Assembly: GCA_938074435.1 (NCBI GenBank)
Contig: CALJEH010000065.1
Location: 1-36,438 of the forward strand
DNA length: 36,438 nt
Direction of reading: 5' to 3'
Origin: an uncultured Alphaproteobacteria bacterium
GTDB lineage: Bacteria > Pseudomonadota > Alphaproteobacteria > Rhizobiales > TMED25
Position numbers and translations under genes: made by a program. Shown here in pieces: positions 1-8,735 of this stretch (positions are counted from its first letter, which is position 1; the number at the start of each line of letters is the position of its first letter). Under the pieces are notes generated by a model. The model did no database searches. It was given only the letters and a program-made list of their open reading frames with translations, and was not told the origin of the DNA.

Positions 1-2
1 CA

Positions 3-653
3 TATAAACAATCATCAGATCAAATAGACAAAGTTAAATCTCACTCAAGAAATGTAAAAATCATAAATTTTCTAATATATTCATCATTAGTAATAATATC
101 TATTCTAATATTAACTCAATACATCATAAAAACAGATACAAGTAATATTAGTAATACTGTAGATTTACAGAATGCTGACACTAAAGATTATGTAAATATA
201 TCGGAAAAAATAATAGAAATTGAGAATTCTATAATTTCTGGTGTAGATGAATATAATCAGTTTTATGAAATAAAGTCAGAAAAAATAATAAATTCGTCTG
301 CTAACGCTGAAATCTTAGAACTTATAGGAATAAGTACAAAGTTAATTCTTAGAAATGAATATAAAATGAATATAATTGGTGATACAGCAATCTATGATAG
401 TAAAAGAAAACATCTCAAACTGAATAGTAATATTGAAATATCCTCAAATCAAACACCCATAATGTACATAAAAAATTTAGACATTAATCTCTCTAAAAAT
501 ATTATTAGCAGCCCTGGTCCAGTCTTGGTTAAGTATAATGATATTTGCATCAAAGGGAAAGAATTTGTAATAAGTGAGAACGGTAATAAAATAAAATTTA
601 CAAAAGGTGTAAATCTTAAATTCAAGGATACAATGTCGTGCCAATTATCTTAA
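3..653 (+). CDS. lptC: LPS export protein LptC, 5'-truncated by window edge
   Basis: The frame of ORF 366..653 is open back to nt 3: YKQSSDQIDKVKSHSRNVKIINFLIYSSLVIISILILTQY (basic stretch plus TM anchor), then a beta-rich domain. Lies directly upstream of lptA-lptB. Confidence 0.8.
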   Translation, partial: YKQSSDQIDKVKSHSRNVKIINFLIYSSLVIISILILTQYIIKTDTSNISNTVDLQNADTKDYVNISEKIIEIENSIISGVDEYNQFYEIKSEKIINSSANAEILELIGISTKLILRNEYKMNIIGDTAIYDSKRKHLKLNSNIEISSNQTPIMYIKNLDINLSKNIISSPGPVLVKYNDICIKGKEFVISENGNKIKFTKGVNLKFKDTMSCQLS

Positions 654-1141
654 AAAAATTATTAGCTTTGGTAATTGTTATAATTATCTTTATCCCAAAT
701 TATTTACTTGCATCTCAACACAGCTTCTTAAAACTTAGTGACTCTCCCATAAGTATCGAGGCGAGCTCTCTTGAGATCATTCATAATGAGAATAAGGTTA
801 TAATGGACGGTAAAGTAAGAGTCATAAATGAAAGCTTAGCTCTTACTACTGATTATATGGAACTTTACTACAATTTGGTTGACTCAAATAATAGTATTGA
901 AATTACAAGAATATATTGTGATGGAAACGTTTTAATTGATTTTGATGATCAGCTTATAACAAGCCAGGTTGCAGAATATGATCTAAAATCAAATACATTA
1001 CTTTTAAAGAAAGATGTTTTAATTAGTAAAAATGAAGGAAATAATATTAAAGCCGAAGAAGTGCTTGTTGATCTTAATACAATGCGCATTACAATGAAAT
1101 CAAATGAAAGAGTAAGGGCATTTATTACACCAAACAATTAA
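638..1141 (+). CDS. lptA: LPS transport periplasmic protein LptA (OstA family)
   Basis: Signal peptide, 'PISIEASSLEI', 'MDGKVRV' and C-terminal 'RVRAFITP'; between lptC and lptB. Confidence 0.85.
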   Translation: MPIILKKLLALVIVIIIFIPNYLLASQHSFLKLSDSPISIEASSLEIIHNENKVIMDGKVRVINESLALTTDYMELYYNLVDSNNSIEITRIYCDGNVLIDFDDQLITSQVAEYDLKSNTLLLKKDVLISKNEGNNIKAEEVLVDLNTMRITMKSNERVRAFITPNN

Positions 1142-1153
1142 TATGAGAACTTG

Positions 1154-1882
1154 ATGACAAACCATGCACTCACCATTGAAGATATTGCGAAAGATTATAA
1201 AAGTAAAAATGTAATCAATAATATATCAATGGCAATCAATCCCGGTGAGATTATTGGTTTATTAGGACCAAATGGTGCTGGTAAGACAACATTGTTTTAT
1301 ATAATTATGGGACTGATTAAACCAAATAGTGGGCAAATAAAATTAGATGGGTATGACATTACCAAACTAGCTATGTATAGTAGGGCTCGATTAGGTATAA
1401 GTTATTTGCCTCAAGAGCCTTCGATATTTAGAGGCATGAATGTTACGGATAATATAAATTGTGTTCTAGAAATCACCGAGAAAAATAGTAAACTTAGAAA
1501 AATAAAACTAGAAAAATTAATTGAAATATTTGGACTTGAAAAAATACAAAAAAGTCCAGCAAGGGTCCTTTCAGGAGGTGAAAGGAGAAGAGTAGAAATT
1601 GCAAGGGCTATTGCTACCCAACCTAAGTATATTTTAATGGACGAACCTTTTTCTGGTGTTGATCCAATCGCAATCGAAGAAATCAAGAAAATTATCCGAT
1701 CGTTAAGTGATAACAATATCGGAATTATAATAACAGATCATAATGTTAGGGATACACTTAGTTTAATTGATCGAGCTTATCTTATTTATGAGGGTAGAAT
1801 TTTAATAAGTGGGTCATCTGATGAAATATTAAAAAGCAATGACGCAAAGAAGGTTTATTTAGGCAATGACTTTAATATTTAG
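1154..1882 (+). CDS. lptB: LPS export ABC transporter ATP-binding protein LptB
   Basis: Walker A GPNGAGKTT, YLPQEPSIF, LSGGERRRVEIARA, ITDHNVRDTL. ATG at 1154 (TTG at 1151 is an alternative). Confidence 0.97.
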   Translation: MTNHALTIEDIAKDYKSKNVINNISMAINPGEIIGLLGPNGAGKTTLFYIIMGLIKPNSGQIKLDGYDITKLAMYSRARLGISYLPQEPSIFRGMNVTDNINCVLEITEKNSKLRKIKLEKLIEIFGLEKIQKSPARVLSGGERRRVEIARAIATQPKYILMDEPFSGVDPIAIEEIKKIIRSLSDNNIGIIITDHNVRDTLSLIDRAYLIYEGRILISGSSDEILKSNDAKKVYLGNDFNI

Positions 1883-1891
1883 TTGGATATT

Positions 1892-3211
1892 ATGAGCCTT
1901 GGATTAATAAATTTAACTAAATTAAACCAAGTTCAAAGTCTCTCCCCACAGGCTCAGCTTACAATAAAATTATTGAGTCTGAACAATGCTGAACTTGAGA
2001 ACTTTCTTGAAAAAAAAATAGAAGATAACCCACTTCTTATTGAAAAAGAATCTTCAACAAAGGACGATTTTCAAGTCCAACCATTTACCGATAAATATAC
2101 TAGAAATTCTGTGAATTTAGACATGATAAATAATGTCAGTTATTCCAAGTCATTAAGAGAACATCTAATTGATCAACTTACTATTTCTAATCTCAATGTA
2201 AGAGAAAAGATTGTTTCAAATTATTTAATAAATACACTCGATGATGCAGGTTATATTACTGAAGAAGAGGAAAGAATTTGTCAAACACTTGGTATTGATC
2301 TGAATTTTTATAACTCAGTTGTCACAAAACTTCAAAGTTTTGAACCGACGGGAGTCTTTTCAAGATCACTTAAAGAATGCCTCACATCACAACTTACCGA
2401 GAGAGGTCTAATAAATAAACAACTAATCCTTCTACTTAATCATATCCAATTACTTGCAGATGATAATTTTAAGAAATTACTGCAAATAATGAATATTACA
2501 AAAGAAGAACTTTCTGACTTAATAAAAATAATTAGGAAATGTAATCCTAAACCAGGACTTAATTACTCAAAGGATACGCTAGAAGTAATTACTCCTGATA
2601 TTGTGATTAAAAGAAACGAAAGTGGTATGTATTCTATAAAATTAACTCAGAATTATTTTTCCAATATAATAATTGATGCAACATATAAAGATGCAATTCA
2701 AAATAAAGTAAAGAATAATGATTCTTTATACGGTCATTTCACAGAAGCTAAAATGATACTAGCCAGTATAGCTCAAAGACAGAAAACATTATTGAAGGTT
2801 GCATATGAAGTTATGCTTCAACAACGTAATTTTCTTGAAAATGGTATTAATTTTATGAAACCATTAAATTTAGATAAAATTGCCAAAATTACAAATCTAC
2901 ATATTTCAACAATAAGTAGATCAATTCAAAATAAATTTATTGAAACACCCCGGGGAACTTTTGAAATGAAATATTTCTTTGACTCAGGTCTTTCTAAGAA
3001 AAACTCCGATGAAAAAATATCATCCAAATCTATAGAAAACAGAATAAAAGAATTGATAAAGAATGAAAAAAAAGATGATATTTTATCTGATGATAAGATA
3101 GTAAGATTATTGGAGGATTTTGACATAAGAATTGCTAGAAGAACTGTTGCTAAATACAGAACGAAGCTGAATATTTTACCATCGTCAAAAAGAAAGAATA
3201 AGTTTTTGTGA
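1892..3211 (+). CDS. rpoN: RNA polymerase sigma-54 factor
   Basis: RpoN box ARRTVAKYR, HISTISR helix-turn-helix, ETPRGTFEMKYFF, Region I Gln/Leu-rich N-terminus; follows lptB. ATG 1892 preferred over TTG 1883. Confidence 0.97.
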   Translation: MSLGLINLTKLNQVQSLSPQAQLTIKLLSLNNAELENFLEKKIEDNPLLIEKESSTKDDFQVQPFTDKYTRNSVNLDMINNVSYSKSLREHLIDQLTISNLNVREKIVSNYLINTLDDAGYITEEEERICQTLGIDLNFYNSVVTKLQSFEPTGVFSRSLKECLTSQLTERGLINKQLILLLNHIQLLADDNFKKLLQIMNITKEELSDLIKIIRKCNPKPGLNYSKDTLEVITPDIVIKRNESGMYSIKLTQNYFSNIIIDATYKDAIQNKVKNNDSLYGHFTEAKMILASIAQRQKTLLKVAYEVMLQQRNFLENGINFMKPLNLDKIAKITNLHISTISRSIQNKFIETPRGTFEMKYFFDSGLSKKNSDEKISSKSIENRIKELIKNEKKDDILSDDKIVRLLEDFDIRIARRTVAKYRTKLNILPSSKRKNKFL

Positions 3212-3245
3212 TAATCTATTTAAATTTTAAGGGAGTTTTTAAACA

Positions 3246-4241
3246 ATGGTTACTAAGATTGATATGCACACTCATGTTGCACCAAGAGAGGCTGTAAAAG
3301 TTGCAGATAAAGGAGGGAATTGGCATGGTGTAGAGTTTTATCGAGATCAAAATGATAAACTCACAACATCCTTTGGAGGGGAAACAATGGCTTTACCATG
3401 GCCTAGAAAAATGGAAACTCCGCAAGATAGATTAAAATCTATGAGTGAAAGAGATGTTGATGTTCATGTTCTAAGTATGAGTCCACTCATGCATTGGCAT
3501 AAACTTGATAGTAAGAATGCCAAGTCTTATGCTATAGATGTAAATGATGACATCTCAGATTATGCAAATATAGATAATAAAAGGTTTCAGGCTCTATGTT
3601 TTTTACCATTACAGGATACAGATGCATCAATTTATGAATTAGAAAGATGTGTCCAATCAAAAAAAATGATGGGTGCCATGGTAGCCACAAACATCAATGG
3701 AATGGATTGGGATAACGATAAGCTATATCCCGTCTTGGAGGCTGCTAATAAATTGAAATGTTTAGTATTTTTTCACCCTACAAGGGGCAGAGCAAACTCA
3801 TGGCTACAAAATTATCATCTTAGAAATCTTATTGGTAACCCACTTGAAACGACTGTTGCTATGGCAAATATTATTTTTGGAGGCATATTAGATAAATTGT
3901 CCGACTTAAACTTATGCTTTGCTCATGGGGGCGGCTTTATGCGACAAGGAGTTGGACGCTTTGATCATGGATATAGGGTAAGAGATGAAGCTAAACTGAA
4001 TATTTCATCACTACCTTCAGAATATTTAAAAAGTTTCTATTACGATACTATAACACATTCTGAGGATGGATTAAGAAACTTAATAGATATTGTAGGTATA
4101 GATAGAATTTTCCTTGGAAGTGATTATCCCGCAGATATGGGAGAGCCGTATCCAGTGGATTTTGTTAATAATTCGAATCTCCTATCTGTAGAGGAAAAAG
4201 AAAAAATACTAAGTAAAAATATTTTATCTTTCTTAAAATAA
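3246..4241 (+). CDS. Amidohydrolase_2 family metalloenzyme (ACMSD-like decarboxylase/hydratase)
   Basis: IDMHTH (HxH), FFHP, NLIGNPLETT, AHGGGF, GRFDHG, LGSDYP motifs; RBS AAGGGAG upstream. Confidence 0.85.
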   Translation: MVTKIDMHTHVAPREAVKVADKGGNWHGVEFYRDQNDKLTTSFGGETMALPWPRKMETPQDRLKSMSERDVDVHVLSMSPLMHWHKLDSKNAKSYAIDVNDDISDYANIDNKRFQALCFLPLQDTDASIYELERCVQSKKMMGAMVATNINGMDWDNDKLYPVLEAANKLKCLVFFHPTRGRANSWLQNYHLRNLIGNPLETTVAMANIIFGGILDKLSDLNLCFAHGGGFMRQGVGRFDHGYRVRDEAKLNISSLPSEYLKSFYYDTITHSEDGLRNLIDIVGIDRIFLGSDYPADMGEPYPVDFVNNSNLLSVEEKEKILSKNILSFLK

Positions 4242-4253
4242 TGAGGATACAAA

Positions 4254-4661
4254 ATGAAAAATAATAAAAAACAAAATGAGTTATCTAGAACTTTTGCTGA
4301 AAGGCGCAGTCATGTATACCCAGCACACAAGTGGCTAGCGGAAAAATTTCCTGAATATGTGCGAATAATGCTGGATTTAGACTATGAAATAAGACAGAAA
4401 ACAAGAATATTTGATGAAAAAATGCATGAATTATTTCATATAATTGCTCTTGCTGTAAAAGGATCAAATCCTCATAACCAACAACACTTAAAAGCACACA
4501 TAAAAAAAGGCCTACAATTAGGATTGGCTCCAGAAGAAATTGCTGAAGCTTTAATGGTTTGCGTTAACCCAGGTGGGGCTATGGTTCTCACATATAGCGT
4601 AACTTGTATGCTTGAAGCAATAGATGAATTGAAACAAGAAGGCTGGGAAGAACCAAAATAA
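4254..4661 (+). CDS. Carboxymuconolactone decarboxylase (CMD/AhpD-like fold) protein
   Basis: 'DEKMHELFHIIALAV...HLKAHIKKGLQLGLAPEEIAEAL' CMD pattern; no AhpD CxxC; RBS GAGGA. Confidence 0.8.
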   Translation: MKNNKKQNELSRTFAERRSHVYPAHKWLAEKFPEYVRIMLDLDYEIRQKTRIFDEKMHELFHIIALAVKGSNPHNQQHLKAHIKKGLQLGLAPEEIAEALMVCVNPGGAMVLTYSVTCMLEAIDELKQEGWEEPK

Positions 4662-4679
4662 AGTAAATTATCTATCTAA

Positions 4680-5783
4680 TTAGATATTAGCTAATGGAAC
4701 CGGCTGACCCGTTTCTGATGCTTCAGCCATCGCTAAAGTTACAGCTAATGTCTGTCTTGCTTCTTTAGCTGTTGTTAGGTGGCATTTGGACCCTGTTGAC
4801 TGTGCATCTAGCCATTCTTTGGTTTCATCAGCTATTCTTCCGAACATGACCCCATCCGCCCACTCACCTGATGACCTACTTCCCAAAAATGCAAGTTTTA
4901 ACTTTTGGTCTTCAGCATAAGCGTTACTATAACCATGCTCTGAATATAATATCTGATCCCTATGATCGTCATCAATTAAAATAACTCCATCTCGACCCAT
5001 AATCTCAAGCCTTACACTTTGTCCAGTTGTGGGGAAACCACCTGGTAAAGCATAACAAATGTCAAAAGAGAATACCGCACCTGTTGAATATTTTACCATG
5101 GTCAAGCTTATATCATCTACGTCATAACCTTGATCACGAAAAATAGTTCCATGCCCCATTGCCTGTACTTCTATGGGTGATACGTCTGGACCCAAACACC
5201 ACCCTATATAATCAACATTGTATGTAATTATATCAAGTATGGGTGTAGCCTCTGGACATCTCTTAAGTATTTCAAGCATATTTGTTCTTGTATTATAAAC
5301 TCGTGTCATTCCACCAAGAATGGGGCCTAATTTTCCTTTTGAAATCTCATCATGAGCCACAAAATACTTTTGAAGAAATCTTTGCGAATAGCCAATTCTC
5401 AGATCAACTCCTTTTTCTTCAGCTAGTTTTGATAGTCTATCCCCATCTTCAATCGTTAGTGCAAGTGGTTTTTCAACCAGAACAGATTTCCCAGCACTTA
5501 TGGCAGCCTCTACAGACTCTCTGTGCTCATCCTCTGGGGTTGAAACAATTATAACATCGACGTTAGGATCATTTATTACTTCATAGTTGTCAGTGGTAAA
5601 TCCATTAGCATTAGTTGATTTTGCTAACTTTTCTGCAAATGTCTCATTTACATCTGAAACGACAAGATATTTCACTGCTGAATGAAGTGCAGCAAGTTTT
5701 GCTCTATGAGTACCAATCCTGCCCGAACCAATTACACCGACACCTATCTGTCTTTTCTTATAACTATTGCCTGATATTATCAT
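4680..5783 (-). CDS. Gfo/Idh/MocA family NAD(P)-dependent oxidoreductase
   Basis: GVIGSGRIG Rossmann motif, VLVEKP, GYSQRF. Confidence 0.9.
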   Translation of the reverse strand: MIISGNSYKKRQIGVGVIGSGRIGTHRAKLAALHSAVKYLVVSDVNETFAEKLAKSTNANGFTTDNYEVINDPNVDVIIVSTPEDEHRESVEAAISAGKSVLVEKPLALTIEDGDRLSKLAEEKGVDLRIGYSQRFLQKYFVAHDEISKGKLGPILGGMTRVYNTRTNMLEILKRCPEATPILDIITYNVDYIGWCLGPDVSPIEVQAMGHGTIFRDQGYDVDDISLTMVKYSTGAVFSFDICYALPGGFPTTGQSVRLEIMGRDGVILIDDDHRDQILYSEHGYSNAYAEDQKLKLAFLGSRSSGEWADGVMFGRIADETKEWLDAQSTGSKCHLTTAKEARQTLAVTLAMAEASETGQPVPLANI

Positions 5784-6805
5784 GCTACTTCTCTTTTAGG
5801 TATTCCACCCTTTTCCACATATGAATACCTCTCCATAAGCTCAGGAGCTAAACTTCTCCTGTGTTCTGTTGGAAATGATATCCACATACGTAGTAAATGT
5901 CTTTTCAATTTAGGATCATCATAATCCTCATAATCTTCTCTCGCATGCAATATTTGATGATTATTGATAAACTGAATATCTCCTTGTTGGAAACCCATAG
6001 ATAATCTAAGAGATTCTCGTTCACTTATCTCTTGAACAACATCTAGTGCTTCACGTTGGAGTTCTGTTAGTGCAAGATGCTCCCCATGACGTGCAACAGA
6101 CTCAAAAAATGCTCTTGAAGTAATTCTTGATGTTAATTTGCCATCATGATAGCTAAACATGGGGCATGTGTACCATGGTTGTTCCCCTTCTGGATTCTCT
6201 CCTCTCCAATCAAGATTAAATGGTTGATGCAATACTTCAATTAGATCAGGTCTTTCTTTTCTCAAAACATTATGAATAGTGAGTGCTGATACTAGATAAC
6301 TTGCCCCACCTTTTTTAGCTTTTCTTTGACAAAATAATCCAACTACATCAACTGGTAATTGATCGGAATGGAAGTCCATTTTAAGTTTGGTTTGATACAT
6401 TCTTGTTGTCGGATCTGATATGGATTTTCCTTCATCTGTAACATGTCCGAGTAAGTGACCCCTTGTGTTTTGTGATACAGGTGTACCCAAATGAATACCA
6501 ATTCCCCAATAAATTAACTCACATTCATCGTCTGTGTATTTATCTCTATCAATTCCTCTAATCAATACAAAACCAAGTTGGTTTTCTAGAACATCATATA
6601 ATGAATGGATTTTTTTTGATAATGTTGGCAATACAAAATCTTCTTTATGGAAAGGAATTTTAATATCATTCTCTATCAAATATTTAAGTGCTTCATCTAT
6701 TTCTTTAAGCTCTAGATCATTAAGGTGTAGCAGCCACTCAATTGAGTTTTGTATTTCAGGTCCAACCCAAGCTGCTCGTTCATTGACTTCATTATTTAAT
6801 ACCAT
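5780..6805 (-). CDS. TauD/TfdA (clavaminate synthase-like) Fe(II)/2-oxoglutarate dioxygenase
   Basis: FHSD (HxD), distal ILHAR, RHLLRMW. Start moved to ATG 6805 (MVLNNEVNERAAW), 2 nt after the TerC stop; 4-nt overlap with the next gene. Confidence 0.88.
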   Translation of the reverse strand: MVLNNEVNERAAWVGPEIQNSIEWLLHLNDLELKEIDEALKYLIENDIKIPFHKEDFVLPTLSKKIHSLYDVLENQLGFVLIRGIDRDKYTDDECELIYWGIGIHLGTPVSQNTRGHLLGHVTDEGKSISDPTTRMYQTKLKMDFHSDQLPVDVVGLFCQRKAKKGGASYLVSALTIHNVLRKERPDLIEVLHQPFNLDWRGENPEGEQPWYTCPMFSYHDGKLTSRITSRAFFESVARHGEHLALTELQREALDVVQEISERESLRLSMGFQQGDIQFINNHQILHAREDYEDYDDPKLKRHLLRMWISFPTEHRRSLAPELMERYSYVEKGGIPKREVA

Positions 6806-6807
6806 AT

Positions 6808-7494
6808 TCAAATATCCTTCTTTCTTGACTTCACTAATACACGCGCGGTAACTACCACGAGAACTGCACATGAAACAGATCCAATAAATCCATTATCCTC
6901 ATTCATGAATGAAAATATAACCTGATTACCTTTATCTGTAAACAAAAGATGACCAGAAATCCAACCCAAGAGTCCGCCTCCAAACCAGATAAGAACTGGA
7001 TACTTCGAAAAAACATTAAGTAGGAAAGAGCTGCCAATAAATAGAAGAGGAATTGCTAAGACTATTCCAAAAATAATGAGTGGAATTGATCCGTGAGCTG
7101 CCGCGGCAACTGCAAGAACGTTATCCAAACTCATCGCTGCATCAGCAATCGCAATTGTAAAAATTACTTTAACTAATGTTTTTGCTTCACCTTTATCTTG
7201 ATGATGATTCTCATCTTCAGGTAATATTAATTTTATTGCAATCCATATAAGCAGAATCCCACCAATAGTTCTTATATATGGTACATCCAAAATTAATGTA
7301 ACTATACTTGCGAAAATAATCCTGAGCAAAATTGCTGTAGCTACGCCAAAGAACATGCCAATTCTTTTTTGTTTTTGAGGCAATCCTCTGCAAGCGAGAG
7401 CAATCACAATCGCATTATCACCACTTAGAATTAGATCAATCCAAACTATTTGAAGAACAACAACCCAATCAATTGCGCCTAAGAACGAGCCCAT
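6808..7494 (-). CDS. TerC family (YjbE-like) integral membrane metal-handling protein
   Basis: DLILSGDNAIVIALA and ADAAMSLDNVLAVA signature motifs; multiple TM segments. Confidence 0.92.
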   Translation of the reverse strand: MGSFLGAIDWVVVLQIVWIDLILSGDNAIVIALACRGLPQKQKRIGMFFGVATAILLRIIFASIVTLILDVPYIRTIGGILLIWIAIKLILPEDENHHQDKGEAKTLVKVIFTIAIADAAMSLDNVLAVAAAAHGSIPLIIFGIVLAIPLLFIGSSFLLNVFSKYPVLIWFGGGLLGWISGHLLFTDKGNQVIFSFMNEDNGFIGSVSCAVLVVVTARVLVKSRKKDI

Positions 7495-7517
7495 TCAGTG
7501 TTTATCCCAATTCAGTA

Positions 7518-8567
7518 TCATAAAAAATCATTCCGAGGTAAAGAAACCGGTTCACCAAGCTCAACTGATAAATCCGCAGCTTGATAAACTTGCATAACTA
7601 ATTTTGCTTCTTCTCCTGTCACCATAACTGGAGTATCAAAAACTATTGAATTTATGAAATGATTTATCTCTTCGTGCATTGAACCTGCAAAAACATGATC
7701 TATTTGTTCGCCCGGCATTGAAGAAAGAGGGTACCTGATTCCATCCCTTGTTGTGTTAAGCTGTATGTCCTTGTGCGAGTCATCAATTGTAAGCGTGCCA
7801 TCAGTTCCAACAATCTCAATGAATGCTTGTACGTAATTCGGATAACCAATTGGAAGAATCCAACCAATTCCAATTGTGATAGTTGTTCCATCATCCATTG
7901 TAATCATTACCCATTGATGATCTGGAGTCTCACTTTTTCTTGAAAATAATTTACCTGAAGTTTGTGAATATACTCTGATTGGTTTTCTTGGTTGCATTGC
8001 CCACAGAACAAAATCTAAATCATGAACGCCAGCAATCGAGGTAGGTGACATTTTTGACCTTCCAGTAATCTTTTCACCAAGTTCCCTTGTTGAGTTCCTT
8101 GATATAAGACATGTAACAGGATCACCTATCAGCCCTCCCTTTAATGCCTTGTTGATATATGCATATCTTGGATCAAATCTTCTGGAATAACCTACAGTCA
8201 TCTTTAAATTATTTTTACTTGCAAGTTCAAGTGCCTGGTCAGTTTCAGCTATTGTTGGCGCAATAGGCTTTTCTACAAAAACATGTTTCCCTTTCTCTAA
8301 ACATTCCATCACAATTGGGAAACGGACTGTTTCTGGTGTCATAGAAATGACAATAGCATCTATACCTGGATCATCCGCAAGCTCTCTCCAATTATTAGTA
8401 ATTTGATCAGGTTTTAACTCTTTTTTGAGCTCTGCCACTCTATGCTCGTCTATTTCTGCAATAGATAACCGGTCAATTAGGGGGTTTTTTCGGCAAGCCG
8501 CTGCTCTTATACCACCAACCCATCCAGCACCAATAACTGCTGCATTTATTTGATTTAACTTTGCCAT
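7518..8567 (-). CDS. Gfo/Idh/MocA family oxidoreductase
   Basis: VIGAGWVG, HVFVEKP, GYSRRF, GVHDLD; likely start ATG 8567 (MAKLNQINAAVIG). Confidence 0.9.
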   Translation of the reverse strand: MAKLNQINAAVIGAGWVGGIRAAACRKNPLIDRLSIAEIDEHRVAELKKELKPDQITNNWRELADDPGIDAIVISMTPETVRFPIVMECLEKGKHVFVEKPIAPTIAETDQALELASKNNLKMTVGYSRRFDPRYAYINKALKGGLIGDPVTCLISRNSTRELGEKITGRSKMSPTSIAGVHDLDFVLWAMQPRKPIRVYSQTSGKLFSRKSETPDHQWVMITMDDGTTITIGIGWILPIGYPNYVQAFIEIVGTDGTLTIDDSHKDIQLNTTRDGIRYPLSSMPGEQIDHVFAGSMHEEINHFINSIVFDTPVMVTGEEAKLVMQVYQAADLSVELGEPVSLPRNDFL

Positions 8568-8665
8568 GTTAGAAAATAAATTCCATTTTAAAAACAAACT
8601 AACTTTAGCATAGAGAATTTAGTTTTCATTAAAAAAAATTATATTTTAACGAAAATTAGGCTCTA

Positions 8666-8693
8666 TTGACAAGAGGTCGATTTATTGTAAGTA
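8666..8693 (+). promoter_or_regulatory. Candidate sigma-70 promoter for the prpD-like operon
   Basis: Exact TTGACA at 8666-8671 in the divergent intergenic region; the -10 is only weak (TAAGTA at 16-nt spacing). Confidence 0.35.
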
Positions 8694-8735
8694 TTAAACC
8701 CTAATTATCTAATGTATTGCTAGGGGGGAACACAA

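Noticed and set aside
4673-4686. 14-bp palindrome TATCTAATTAGATA at a convergent junction
   Set aside because: AT-rich with no loop; too weak to call a terminator or a binding site.
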